A stretch of DNA of 63,337 nucleotides, counting the filler, from Atractiella rhizophila (Eukaryota), in NCBI GenBank assembly GCA_021432655.1. It is 34 parts of 34 records of this genome, joined end to end, with 100 filler letters (N's around TTAATTAATTAA, not from the genome) between each part and the next. Parts side by side here need not be neighbours in the genome. Positions count along the whole stretch, not along the records: positions 1 to 1,828 come from MU272849.1; positions 1,929 to 3,755 come from MU272850.1; positions 3,856 to 5,681 come from MU272851.1; positions 5,782 to 7,605 come from MU272852.1; positions 7,706 to 9,527 come from MU272853.1; positions 9,628 to 11,447 come from MU272854.1; positions 11,548 to 13,367 come from MU272855.1; 27 more parts are not named here. One strand, 5' to 3'. The position numbers and the translations under genes were made by a program. This document shows, piece by piece, positions 1 through 12,055 of this stretch; position 1 is the stretch's first letter, and each line of letters begins with the position of its first letter. The notes beneath the pieces are model-generated. The model had not been told where the DNA came from. It saw only the letters and a program-made list of their open reading frames with translations, and searched no databases.

Positions 1-1529
1 TCACGCTCATCGTTTCCGCCAGAGAACTGAGAGTTCTTTCCCCTCGCGCGGCCGATCGCGTCGATCTCGTCGATAAAGATGATGGATGGAGAGTGTTTCT
101 TGGCGGTCGCGAATAGGTCACGAACTCTTGAGGCTCCAACACCAACAAACATCTCGATGAACTCAGAGCCAGACACAGTGAGGAAAGGAACGCCGGCCTC
201 TCCAGCAGTAGCCTTGGCAAGTAAGGTCTTACCTGTACCTGGTGGGCCGGAGAGGATGGCGCCTTTGGGAATCTTTGCGCCCAGCTTCTGATATTTCTCC
301 GGCTCTTTCAGGAAGGTGACGAACTCCAAGATCTCCGTTTTGGCTTCATCCATCCCTGCCACATCCTTAAACCTAGTCTTTACGCGATTATCTTGCGTAA
401 AGAGCTTCGCCTTGCTCTTCCCAACGTTGAATATCCCACCGGGTCCACCGCCAAACGAGCTGCCACGTTTAGAGGAGGAACCTCCAAAGGGACCCATGCC
501 ACTAGATACTTTTCGGATGGAGTAGATGAGGAAACCGGTGAGGAGGACAGAAGGTAGGAAGCTGACGAGGGAGCGCATGAGGCCTCCTTCTTCCGCATAG
601 ATGACCGGGACTCGAGCGGAGAGAGGGATGTTGAGTTCATTCTGCGCCTGATCGAGCTTCCGCTCGAAGGCTTCGACGGAGCCGATGGTGAAGTAATAGA
701 CCGTGTTGGGATTCGCAGAGCCTGAGGAGAATGCACCTGGGCGACTGGGAGATGAAGAAGTTGGATTCCCAGCTGCGTCGGTGAATGTCCCGGTGTCCGT
801 TGAGGAGGGGTACATGGTCCCGGTGGCGTTTGAGTGGAGATTGACGCGGACGATGGAGCGGTTAACAACGGTAAGCTTGTCGACTAGACCTTTGGCAAGG
901 AGGGCGGTGTAGAACTCCTGCCATGTTATCTCTCTCGTTTGGAAAGGAAGATTGGGCGACATCTGGAAGAAGAAGTAGAGACCAATTCCCATAAAGATGA
1001 GCTGCATCGCATCGAAAGCCGGTCGTTCTGGGCCTTTCTTCCCACCAGAACCTTTCGACCCTTCACTCTTGAAGAAATTCTGTATCATCGCCATGACGTC
1101 CTCCTCTTCCTCCTCGTCCTTTTTCTTCCTCTCCTTTTCCACCTTTTTCGTTCCCTCCTTCTTAACCTCTCCACTCTCACCCTCTTCCACCTCCTTTGCC
1201 TTCTTCGACTCACTAATTTTCTGCGTCCCAGACCCAGAACCAAAGAAACCCTTTAATGCCTCCTTAGACTCCTTCTCCAAATTCCTCTGTTTTTCCTCCA
1301 TCCCCTCAGGCGTCTGACTGGTCTTCCCATTTACGCCCTCCTCCGCTTTCTTGCCATTTCCTCCGTCAGGTTCCGAGGAGGTCGCATATCTCCTGACTCC
1401 ACGCACCGTTCTAGCTGCAGGCGGAAGGCGAGAAATAGAGAGTGTGCGCGAAAAACTCGAACTTGGTGTCGTGTGAGAAATGCGTGTTTGGGCGAGGCGA
1501 GAAGCGCGAGAAAGTGTCCGTGGGATCAT
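1..1529 (-). CDS. Mitochondrial m-AAA protease subunit (Yta12/Afg3, FtsH family), 3' truncated
   Basis: Manual translation from ATG 1529: Arg/Ser-rich presequence [49 protein letters not shown], Walker [24 protein letters not shown], Walker [18 protein letters not shown]. Confidence 0.95.
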   Translation of the reverse strand, partial: MIPRTLSRASRLAQTRISHTTPSSSFSRTLSISRLPPAARTVRGVRRYATSSEPDGGNGKKAEEGVNGKTSQTPEGMEEKQRNLEKESKEALKGFFGSGSGTQKISESKKAKEVEEGESGEVKKEGTKKVEKERKKKDEEEEEDVMAMIQNFFKSEGSKGSGGKKGPERPAFDAMQLIFMGIGLYFFFQMSPNLPFQTREITWQEFYTALLAKGLVDKLTVVNRSIVRVNLHSNATGTMYPSSTDTGTFTDAAGNPTSSSPSRPGAFSSGSANPNTVYYFTIGSVEAFERKLDQAQNELNIPLSARVPVIYAEEGGLMRSLVSFLPSVLLTGFLIYSIRKVSSGMGPFGGSSSKRGSSFGGGPGGIFNVGKSKAKLFTQDNRVKTRFKDVAGMDEAKTEILEFVTFLKEPEKYQKLGAKIPKGAILSGPPGTGKTLLAKATAGEAGVPFLTVSGSEFIEMFVGVGASRVRDLFATAKKHSPSIIFIDEIDAIGRARGKNSQFSGGNDER

Positions 1530-1828
1530 GGCCTGAGAGTAAGGAGTCGTTTGAGGAAAAAGCAGAGGTGATGAATGTTTTTATGCAGTCTCTGAGTGCC
1601 GCGATTCGCGGATTGATGACGAGTTTGAGTCGCCACTTCCGGCCGCATTATTCCCCCGCGCATTTCACACTCTCACTGTGCCTTACTTGTTGCTGGTTCG
1701 AAGGACAGAATGCAAAGGATGGGTTTTATGATTTTATGATTGCACGATGCATAAAGAATTTAACGAGGGAAAGGGAAACAGAAAATCCACCAAAGCGACA
1801 GAATAGGAGAGAATTGCGCATGTCCATG

Positions 1829-1928
1829 NNNNNNNNNNNNNNNNNNNNNNNNNNNNNNNNNNNNNNNNNNNNTTAATTAATTAANNNNNNNNNNNNNNNN
1901 NNNNNNNNNNNNNNNNNNNNNNNNNNNN
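1829..1928. other. Artificial contig-joining linker N44-TTAATTAATTAA-N44 (first of 33)
   Basis: Identical 100-bp spacers start at 1829, 3756, 5682, 7606, 9528, 11448, 13368, 15280, 17192, 19103, 21006, 22900, 24791, 26680, 28550, 30410, 32267, 34121, 35974, 37827, 39679, 41528, 43374, 45219, 47060, 48893, 50723, 52536, 54344, 56147, 57947, 59745, 61542. The core gives stops in all six frames, and contig lengths never increase along the window. Confidence 0.99.
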
Positions 1929-2199
1929 GTATCGCTCCGACTGGAAGTGCGTTCGAAGGTGTGAGTCGAGGTCTATATGAAATTCGAACGCATTGTGTCT
2001 TTTGCCATCACTCTGGGCACTCAGGTGTCCAAACTGCTCCGTGGTTATGTTTGATTTCTAGGCTCACACGTTGAGGTTTGGCTTACGAGGGTTCTACGAG
2101 CCAACGAGAGCTTGTGAGCTTTGAAAGGACCCTAAACAAGGTGGTAAGCAAGACGAAAGGCTCACCCCAAAAGCAGTTCCGAAGTCCTTACAGGAGGGG

Positions 2200-3540
2200 G
2201 AACTAGCCATTTCGTCCTGATGCTGTACCGACCACCACACCACGACGAGGAGCGGCTTTGGCAACTGGTTTGCCTCTTTTCAGTTGGCTGAATTCGTGTT
2301 CATGGATGTCCGAGAGTTGGCCGTTATTTGTGGCTTCGAAGCCACGGTGGATTATCTCATTTATCATGGCCTCTGCCTTCATTCTGATGTAGAGTTCCTA
2401 GGAGATCGATTTCCATCTGCCCACCATCATTATGAATTATACGCCTACCCTTAGAGCCCATAGCCTCCTTGCACCGCCAATTCTGAAGCTATGACCAGAC
2501 ACGTTATCGATACCTCCTGATACTTCTGCATCCCGAGACCATATGTTCTTGCATCTATCCAAGAAGGCTCTTTTCGTGAGCGGGAGAATGGTGTGTTCCT
2601 TTTGGGACCTGTAGGCGAACAATGGGTCTGAGTCGTTAAGTGTGCAGTTAATGCAGAGGTGGTTGAGAATGGCTTCGAGCGAGATTGTGTTCCCTATTCT
2701 TGCTTGTGGGATACTGATGCTGACTAGTTTTCCTTTGGACACTTTGTCTTTCGGCAGGCGGAGGCGGAGGTAGGGGAGTCCTTCTATGTCGAATTCTGGG
2801 AAAATTTTGTCCCGCGTCATGTGTGTTTTGGGGGAGAACGAGGGTTTCGATTTGGGTAAGAGTTCGCCAAGTCTGCAGAGCCTGTACAGCCCTGTGACGG
2901 CAGCAGCCCAAACACAAGCATCCAAGGGGTCTGGGAGGTCCAGATTACGTTCTAGGGACACCATCATCTCGTTGGAAACGGGTGCTTGTGGTCAGCCAGG
3001 GATGTGAGTCGGTGACTTTGGGTTGGAGTTGCTTACTCTTTTTTGTGGTTTGTCCCATGATATTGCTTATTCCTCGTAGCCATTCCGTTAACACTACGGG
3101 CTTATCCTTCTCCCAGGGCCATGGAGTGGCGTGCAGGTCATGCCATGATCTGAGCGAACTGATGTAGTTCTCGAGAGTTTGGGTCCCGATGGTTGAGAGA
3201 GGATGGTATGCTCGGGGTAGAGGTCCGGAGAGCCCGTTGCCCAGAGGCAGAAGGATATGAAATGTTGTTGGGATTCAATGGGAAATCTGTCTTCGAAGGG
3301 TATACAAAACTTGTTGCAAAAGTCGTTCCATTTGGCCAGTGCTGAGCCGTATGAATTCCAGGTGGATTCGGCGAGGGAAGCCTCGTTTGCGGCGTACGTG
3401 ATGGCCTTGAACACGGGCATGTCGAGTAAGAGACGGGAGAAGTTGTCGACACCGTGCAATAAGTGTAGTCGGTCTCCTGCTCAGCAAGAGATGAACCTAT
3501 CCTCCATCTCTTGGTTGAATGAAGTGTTCTGTCTAACAAA
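2200..3540 (-). mobile_element. Degenerate tyrosine-recombinase ORF of a DIRS/Ngaro-type retrotransposon
   Basis: N-terminal LAESTWNSYGSALAKWNDFC, then CRLGELL, LRLPKDKV, GHSFRIGGA and MVGRWKS (YR catalytic boxes). Frameshifts and in-frame stops (e.g. TAA at 2437-2439). Confidence 0.85.
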
Positions 3541-3855
3541 GGTCTCGTAGGCTATGAGGTCTCTGTCTAGTTCTTCTCGCGTTCCTAAGGCCACGTTTCT
3601 TGGATTTGCGTTTGGAGTTGCTTGCCTTCCGTTTACTGTTCACAAGCGTGTCAGTGCCGTCGTCCCTTGGACATCCCCCCGCGCCAGGGGCTTAGCCCCT
3701 TGGACCCCAGCCTCCGGCTGCCACTGTGTGGAGCTCTTGCCTCTGCAGCCACTGCNNNNNNNNNNNNNNNNNNNNNNNNNNNNNNNNNNNNNNNNNNNNT
3801 TAATTAATTAANNNNNNNNNNNNNNNNNNNNNNNNNNNNNNNNNNNNNNNNNNNN

Positions 3856-4140
3856 AAGGAGGCGGAGGAGCTGTACATCTTGACGGGGAGTACACTTGGG
3901 AGGGCAGAATGTGTCCAAGCCATGGGGACGATCGATTTTCAATGCGGGAGGAACGAGGAAGCGCTGGAGCGATTCAAGGAGGCAGAGAAGATCTATCTTG
4001 AGGCAGGAGATGTATATAGCAGGTCTTATTGCCTTGATTGCATCGCAAAGGTTGACAGAAAGTCTGGGAGAACTGGATGGAGGCGCTGGAAACCACCGTT
4101 CAAGACGTGCGTTATTCTAAGTTTCTCCTACATTTCTTGA
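3856..4140 (+). CDS. C-terminal TPR repeats (40-aa unit), probably of an NB-ARC/NACHT-TPR NLR-like protein; 5' truncated
   Basis: KEAEELYILTGSTLGRAECVQAMGTIDFQCGRNEEALERF / KEAEKIYLEAGD with 120-nt periodicity (3856 and 3976). The nucleotide-binding domain is not on the contig. Confidence 0.7.
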   Translation, partial: KEAEELYILTGSTLGRAECVQAMGTIDFQCGRNEEALERFKEAEKIYLEAGDVYSRSYCLDCIAKVDRKSGRTGWRRWKPPFKTCVILSFSYIS

Positions 4141-4761
4141 GTATTCATTGACCCCGTACAGTTTCATAGCCCAAGTTAAAGGAACGCACGTTGCCCAGTG
4201 ATACAGGGAGACTTTCGAAGTTCAGTAATAATTTTTCATATTGGCGTATAGAAGCAGAGAAAGTTGTGGATGTCAATGAAATCCTAGCTCACTGGTGACT
4301 GGCCCACGGAGTCTGGTCGATGTTCCCAAATGCATGTACCCAACCCTGACTGGGGGACCTGGTGGAGAGTTACTTTCTGGATTTGGTGAAGATTAGTGGC
4401 AGACCGACATAGACGAAGATGGGGTATAACAGTTCTCAGCTTTCATTCTACGGTAATACATACAAGTTAGGTGCCAAACAAAATAAATTATGTGTCTGCT
4501 TCACATATTCGGCAACTTCTGGCTTCTGGGGGCTGACGACATTACTCACAAACAAGTATGACTTCAGCACAGCTCATTCAGACGATATCCAAACCCTCGA
4601 CCATCTACCAGCACGATCTCTCCCATGTCCGCCGTCTTTCTCTTCTCTTCGACCGTCTCTTTCCTCTCCGTCTCCTCAGAAGGTTTGTCGAACTACCTCA
4701 TCCCGTCCTTCAGTCTTGAAAGCACTTTAACCTCTTCCTTTCCACCGTTCATCTTCACCTT

Positions 4762-5374
4762 TCATCTTCCCCTGATTCCACAACCGCCCCAGCCGTCTTT
4801 TCCAGCTCTTCTCCCCTCCAACTCCTCTTCCAACTGCAACACCCTCGCCCTCAACCTTCCATTGGCGACCTCGAGCACATTAAAGCGCTCCTGCAACTTC
4901 CTTGGATCCAAGGTACCCATCAACCTCTCCGAGTGAGAATCCTGGTCCTGCTGCTGTCGCCGTGCCTCCTGCTGAGACCGCCTTGTCGCTTCAGGCCCTA
5001 CGTCTGGCATGTTCATCTGGTACTTCCTCCGAGCTTGATGGTGTGGAAGGTGTCGCAGACAGACCGCAGGAATTATTGTTGCTTGAAGTGGATTTGGGCG
5101 GAGGAGGACGTGGGACCGGTCCGCAGGGTTGCGTAGAGGACTTTCGCTTTTTTTGTGGTGGAGGCGCTGAATCTCTCACTCGTTCTTGTGGATGCGCTGG
5201 TGGGGCGTGAGGAATGGTGGGAGCTAGGGTGTACTTTTCTGGAGAAGTAGAGGGTGTGTAAGTAGACATAAAGCAGTGGATACGCCAGAAGGAGTGGTGG
5301 AGAGAGGTAGAGGAGAGATGGGACAAAATATCTGTGCGGAGGAGGTTGCTATGTCGATTTCTCCATCTATCCAT
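4762..5374 (-). pseudogene. Hypothetical Pro/Ser-rich protein with a C-terminal coiled coil (frameshifted or spliced)
   Basis: Overlapping ORFs 4991-5374 and 4762-5016 (LQERFNVLEVANGRLRARVLQLEEEL); no family recognised. Confidence 0.3.
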
Positions 5375-6050
5375 TGCCGCTCATTGAGTCAACATACACT
5401 AACAGAATGAAAGGGACGATGAACCCGTCATCTCTGACTCCCATGCCTTTCAATCAGACATCAATCCACCTCCACCGTGCCTTGCATTTTCTACATCGGT
5501 CCCCCATTTGCTCCAACAATCCCGTCAGCGTCGACATCGTCCGCCGTTCCTTTCCCTTCGTCGAATGCGTGCCCGCCTTTGATAGGGGAGCTCTCATTTA
5601 AGCGAGTATCGGGATCAAAATCGACACATCCACCAATCGCCATCTATGAATGAGTTGAGGTACTGATCGACGATGTACATGNNNNNNNNNNNNNNNNNNN
5701 NNNNNNNNNNNNNNNNNNNNNNNNNTTAATTAATTAANNNNNNNNNNNNNNNNNNNNNNNNNNNNNNNNNNNNNNNNNNNNGACGTATAAAGCTCCATCA
5801 CCACCCGTCACCTGCAAAAGTTCGTCCATCGTGCATCTTGACGTGAGAAAGCTAACGGCTACACTCCCTTTTCTTCTTTCAAACATTCATATCATCTGTG
5901 AAAGTAAAGGATCGTGACCATATTCTACCACTGTAAGAGAATGTCTCTCTACAAACTGTAAAGGCTGCGCTTTTCCAAATTGAGCGATCGCTTTGCGCTT
6001 CCTCAGGCGCTGACACACTGCTCAGCGCAACTTGTCCTGCAGGAACAGAC

Positions 6051-7605
6051 ATGGAGCAAGTGGAGCAAATGGAAGTAGCGGCGCCGTCAGGAACCTCTCA
6101 CTGACAATACTGGAAGTAGAGGCGGACTGGCGTAAAGCCGTGAGTGGGATGTAGATCACCCCGGGAAATTGGTCAGGATAAATGCCTTAACAACTCGCTA
6201 CCAGCCACTTCAGGTGGCGCGAGTCCAGAGAGAGATGGCCAGCTTGATTGGTCTTCTATTCCGCTGTGAACCTGACTCTAAACAACAATTACATTCCATC
6301 CAAGTTTCTTCCAGCAGGAGAGCGGCTATTTACCGCGACTCCAATTTCTTCAAAAATGTCTCCGTTGACAAATTTATGGGTGTAATGGATACATGTTTTG
6401 AGACGGACATCGACCAGTTTGACCGTTCGGCACCATTCGACGCCGCAAAACTCCATCTTCAGCCTCTTGATCACATTCCCGATGCCGAATCGATAGTCCA
6501 CAGTATGTTCCTCTTCGAAAAATGGGAGGATCGCCCTTTTTGTACTCTTCCCGACGAGCTTGTACACCTTTGCCTCAGCTTGACGATCACCTACGAAGAA
6601 TCTCGTCTCGGTCATCGTACGCTTTCCGGCTTTGTTCGCCTTCAAGGGATTCGACAAACATGCAGAAGGTTCTCAAGAATCGGTTTGGATATCCAATGCT
6701 CAATCCTTGGATCGGACATTACCGACTGGACGCTTGGTCCTTCCGGCTGTCGACTGATAATACAATGGAATCAGGCAGAAGTGAAACGATTCGACATTGC
6801 TATGTTCTTTCAAAGGCTAGCCTCACCATCCCTTCCGAAGAACAGACCTGTTTAATGACCCTCTCTACTCTAAACAGGTATCCTCGCATGGTGACCGCCC
6901 ATTTGCAAAAGTTATGCGTTGACGAACAGAATATTCGCCCCGGCAGTTGGTCAACTATCATTGACGTCCTTTCGCATGCCACCAGGCTCAATTTCCTCAG
7001 GATCGAGGCCGATCCCCCCAGAATCCCAAAGAGGAAACGAAAACTTTTGGACGCTATTGGAGCCTTGTCGCGGCTGAGCCGCCTCAATATTTTTGCTCCT
7101 ATCGCCTCTGGCCCTCGACTGCGCCCCAGATGGTGCCTTGAGGACCTCCTCTATCTCATGAAAAGGGCGCAGGCGGGATGGAATCCGGATATTCTGGCTC
7201 TTGAACGATGGGATTTCGAGGAGCAAATACCCTTAGATATCTTGGGTCAACAACGCCACAATATTGGGAAGCTTGTCCTTCATTCATGTCGTGGAGCGAG
7301 GGTGTCCACCTTGAACCAGTTACTCGAGAGCATATTCTCTCAGGACGGAACCGGGTTCGGTTTCTCAACTTTCAACGAAGGTACTGAGTACGACTCCGTC
7401 ATTTCAAGCGTCATCCGAAAACGATCACAGTCCCTACAATTCCTTTCTGTCGAAGTTCGTCCAATGTACAGGTTACAAAAAGAACCGCAGACGTACCGCT
7501 TTTCAAATCACTTGGACGACGCAGTAACTGCCTGTAATGCGCTCTCCGTCCTCGGACTTGACGGTGGTCACGAATGGTCTGGTCTGCTCAGTCCCAACTT
7601 TCTCG
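6051..7605 (+). CDS. F-box-like / LRR(RNI)-like protein, 3' truncated; start approximate
   Basis: EKWEDRPFCTLPDELVHLCL ... LQGIRQTCRRFSRI (F-box-like), followed by LxxLxL repeats. Two ORFs are joined by a predicted intron at 6816-6877. Aligns by eye with the 17417-19102 protein. Confidence 0.6.
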
Positions 7606-8531
7606 NNNNNNNNNNNNNNNNNNNNNNNNNNNNNNNNNNNNNNNNNNNNTTAATTAATTAANNNNNNNNNNNNNNNNNNNNNNNNNNNNNNNNNNNNNNN
7701 NNNNNTCCAGCCCATCCATATGCCATTGCCCAGCGAGGATACTCACCGTATTACTGGCCCATTCTCCACGAATTCAGCGGTGAACCCAGGTGAACGTCCT
7801 TTTGTTGGAGAAACGCGTACGAGAAGGAACAAAGGAATTCCGCGTGAACCAAAGACGCATTTCTTGACTGCACCTACACGTACTACCACAGATCAACAAC
7901 CTCTCTCAATCAATCGTTCATCAATCTTTCCCTCATCTTCCCCCCCTGAGCAGTGAGGCATCACCCTTGACACCTTTGTCCTTGGCAAGCTTGACACCTT
8001 TGTTCCATTCGATCAAATCCTGGTGCAAAGACTTCCACGATAGGGGTTTAGTTAGCTTGGCTCAGGAAGTTGAAGCAGCTTGTTACAGAACTGGCGGCCA
8101 GAGCAGCGTATTGCTCTCTTCCATCATCCCTCTGACCGAACCTTTTAAATCTTGAAAGGTGAGTCGGCAGCTCGTTAGACTGCTCTCCTTCCCGGCCTCT
8201 TGCGCAAGCTCGACCCTCTTCAGGTACGGCCAAAATATTACTACTCAAGTTGGTGTGAGCAACGGCTTGTTCTTATTGAATGTAACAATTCATCTGGGAC
8301 TGCAGCATCATATGGATGTAGAGAGGATACCGGTCAAAAGACGACAGGATGACATTTGTCTCATTTTCTCTATACAAGTGAACTTTGAATTAGTGTTACA
8401 AGAGCCATGCAAATCTCATGATACAAGTCAATACTCTTTAATTGCTTGCACATGCTTTATCTTTGGGTTATCTGCTGTTTCCAGACGACCACCTCAAACT
8501 CATATTGCTTCTTTTACATCCAGTTGCAAAG

Positions 8532-9527
8532 ATGTCTGTCCCACCTACTTCCCTACCGCCGGGATGGGAAGAAGAAGCGAATCATGTCCCAGTCATATCT
8601 TTAGGCAGCTCACGATCCGACGTAGAAAAAGTCCTTCATGGTATGGCCATTACATTTGCACAGTCCGCACCTAATCCCCTACCACAGAATACACTTCCCA
8701 ATCTCAAGAATATGGTCTAACGACTTTACCGCATCTGCTATCCAACCGATACTACACCACATTGCTTAATTTTGAGATCTTTGGATCTTTTGATGCAATC
8801 CTAAAGGCAGGAAAAGCATCCTCGCAAGCTCTCATATTGAGTGTGGCATTAGTAGGTCCCCACTCATCACCATGAAGTGAACATGATAGGATGTTTAGAG
8901 GTCTGAAGAATTGCCAGCACTCAAAGAGCTGCTGAGTGTCTTATCGGATTCCTCCAACAACTACGAAGTTCCCCTCGTCCTCGTCCTCTTCAGCTCGGCT
9001 TCCGCATCTGCGGCGCAAGACAAGCTGAAAGAAGAGTTTGAAGACACATGTGCCGATGCTGGGTTCGAGATGGTAGAGGTTCCACTTGGGGTTGAGGGAA
9101 AGCAGACAACGAGTGATGAGGAGAGGGAGGATGGGTTTGGAGAGATAAGTGGAATGAAGAGGGTGGAGGAGGCTTTGAGCGCCTGCCGTTGGGAGAAGAT
9201 GGTGCTAAAGAGTCAAGGCAAGGAGCGGAAGGGGAAAGAGCGACTCGAGGTACGCTTCTTCTCTCATCCAGTAATTATTTGAAAACTCATACTTGCTGGA
9301 AGGAGAGGGAAGTGCACAGTTCAGAAGACGAAGGACCGCACCGGGAAAGGGATGATTCCCTCCCGTCCATCTCTGCCGACGATGGAGGCTTCAACGACGA
9401 TTTCTCCAACTTCGTCTCCGCCGCCACACCGACGCTTTCTCGCTCCTCGCAATCCAAATCATCAACCGCGACATGGGACGAAGAAGGATTTGGAGCGTTC
9501 ACCCCAACTCTTCAGGCGTCTACATCT
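8532..9527 (+). CDS. Alpha/gamma-adaptin-binding protein p34 (Irc6/AAGAB family), 3' truncated
   Basis: NRYYTTLLNF, DTCADAGFEMVEV, EREDGFGEISGMKRVEEALSACRWEKM, acidic tail DDGGFNDDFSNFVSA; multi-exon. Confidence 0.75.
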
Positions 9528-9627
9528 NNNNNNNNNNNNNNNNNNNNNNNNNNNNNNNNNNNNNNNNNNNNTTAATTAATTAANNNNNNNNNNNNNNNNN
9601 NNNNNNNNNNNNNNNNNNNNNNNNNNN

Positions 9628-11447
9628 TCCGCACATCCTCCAGCTGGTTTGCCATGTCAGGCGAAGGGAGAGCCTTGTGTCGACGGCTCAGTTCCTTCCT
9701 GTCCTGGTCGAGTTCCTCTGCAATGACTCTTGCCCAGGCCTCCTCGTTCTCCTCGGTTACTGGAAGAAGGAATGTCTCAACAAGATTCGAGCCGTGCTGC
9801 ACCTTGAGGAGAGACAAAACGTATCGTTTCGTCTTGACGAATAGATTTTTCTCTTCAGAGTGCGGATCTCTAACCTCTGAGAACCGATTTGTCAAAGTCA
9901 ACGCAACTTCAGATGATCGAGCGGCATCAAGGTCGTCGGAAGCATGGGTTGAAGGAGCAGCCCCCAGTTCGATGAGACAGGAGCGAAGAGGATTGTCATT
10001 TCCAGGAGCCTGACCATCATGAGCGCCTAATAACGAGCGAGTAAGACTACTCACGACGTATTGCAGATGTTGCATGACTAGCGAGTGAGTGGCATAAATT
10101 TCATTCGGAGAGATGTAGATGACAGGTTTCGAAATAGTGTGGTCCAGATATTCGTCCGCATGGAAGTATTGATCAGCATCGACGACATCAATGACTACCT
10201 AGGAATGAGCCTTTGCTATCACAACAGAGAACTATACTCACCTTCTCTGAACCAAGTCGACATCTTGTTTGTGGCGAAAGTGACATATTCGTTCAAAGGT
10301 TGGAGGTAAGGATTCTCGTTTCCGAACAATCGGCCAATCGATATCTGGTTGAGCATTTTCGAAACTTCGGCTAAATTTGCCCTCTGTAAAGGATCGATCG
10401 TCTTATCCACAACACCAAGAGCCTCAGGTGCACTTCCAGAACAATTCAGCGGGCTTCACGGATCGAACGCAAACGACGTACACAATGGCAGGGTTGATAA
10501 AACGATAGTAAAGGAAGTAGCATGCAACTCGGACAAGGGTCTCCTCCACCTCTTCGGGAAACCTCGACTAGGAAATCTTAGTGAGCATTTACAGCAGATA
10601 CAGTAGTTGCACGCACCTTCAATGCAAAGAACACTTCCCGGGAAAAGAACCGCAACCCATAAGGCATCCGTCGTGTCGAGGCAGTTAACCCATTAAGGAA
10701 AGACTCAGTGGTAGCTCGAAGCAATTGAAGATCTGTCGACATAGTGAGGACACATTTATGACGAAGGTACAACATACGCTTGATGAACATGCGCTGGGTC
10801 TCCTCGTCTTGCAATGCTTGGTGAAAATTAACATCGATGGGTCGTCTACTCGCAAGACCAGTTCGAGACTCTTCAGACGTAATGCAAGCGCGATAAATCT
10901 TGAAATTACGATCAGCCATGAACAGGAGGAAGCACAGAAAATGCATAAAACAGCATACCTTCACTGGATCAGTCTCCAGGTCCAGGTCTTTGTGACTAAT
11001 GATGCTGTCCACGAGAGGGGCAAGAGTGTCGCGCAAGTATTTTCTCTCCTTAAGACCACGACCATATTGTACACAAAGGTTGATGAACATGAATTTTCCG
11101 TGGATAAAGTCTTCGACGGTTTGCAGCGACTGCATTTCTTCTTGGACGGCAGACTGATGAACAACGCATCAGTTTTCCTTTCATGGTGCATGTGGACGAT
11201 CACTTACCTGCAAAACGCGGAGGAGCAAGAACTCCTCCCTGGAATTCTGTGCATATCCAAAGAGAGTAAGGACGACTCCTTCAAAAACCTTGCGGTTCTT
11301 CTCTGCCATCCCGTTTTTGCCCAGGATGGCGAAGAGTCTCGCGAGGTATTCAGGTTTGGTCTGCAGGAGGTAGAACAATTGTTGGTACAGCTCCAGTTTC
11401 CGTTTCGAATCTCGATCCAGAGTGGAGGCGAAAGGATCCTTGTGGGC
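9628..11447 (-). CDS. IQGAP-family protein (Iqg1/Rng2), RasGAP and RasGAP_C region; internal fragment
   Basis: LFYLLQTKPEYLARL, LFGYAQNSREEFLLL, DLDLETDP, RRMPYGLRF, FINPAIVAPE, QRANLAEVSKML, LTLTNRF, LFVKTKRYVL; multi-exon. Confidence 0.93.
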
Positions 11448-11839
11448 NNNNNNNNNNNNNNNNNNNNNNNNNNNNNNNNNNNNNNNNNNNNTTAATTAAT
11501 TAANNNNNNNNNNNNNNNNNNNNNNNNNNNNNNNNNNNNNNNNNNNNGGGTTAAATAATCTTCTGGACGAATCTAAACTCAGCACCCTGGATTTCATTCA
11601 ATTCACCCACCCATCGACTTCGCATCAGTTCCGCATCAAAGTCTAATTGGCCCACTTACCCAGCAGCTTCATCCAATTCAGTTTCCCCAAAATTTCAGAC
11701 TGATCCTTTTTCGTGGACGCGGATGCCAGTGCTGGAGAGACAGGAGAAGGAGATTCACAAAAATGTAACATTCCAAGGATGCACCTGTTAAAAACGGATG
11801 GTTGATGTGTCATGTTATCAAAAATGTAGCTTACAGGCT

Positions 11840-12055
11840 GTAATTGAGTCTCCCTGGTCCCGAAAGGTGACGAAGCCATAGCCTCTGCTCTTGTTCGGAG
11901 TATCTTTTCCCATGATAATCACACAATCGTGATTGGCCCATACTGCATGAAGATCGTAGCTTGGTGTGGTCAAAGAACTTTTTGTTGGGGCTATCGTCCA
12001 GGTCAATGAGGACCATATGGTCGAATGGCACGAACATCAGTTTTGGGGTTTGAGA
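11840..12055 (-). pseudogene. Frameshifted RRM-domain relic
   Basis: Joining two frameshifts gives KLR-IFMQYGPIT-DCVIIMGKDTPNKSRGYGFVTFRD, which contains an RNP1 octamer (RGYGFVTF). Confidence 0.6.

Noticed and set aside
79..1317. Plus-strand ORFs in the ORF track (and similar ones opposite IQGAP, SUN, MFS, Stu2)
   Set aside because: Antisense shadows of recognisable minus-strand genes.
2437..2967. Prophage or bacterial integrase
   Set aside because: The motif pattern fits eukaryotic YR retrotransposons, the context is fungal, and no phage genes are present.
7706..8355. Possible minus-strand gene with a PDELLHSI F-box-like word
   Set aside because: I could not build a consistent spliced frame; the required intron is only 31 nt and a stop follows.
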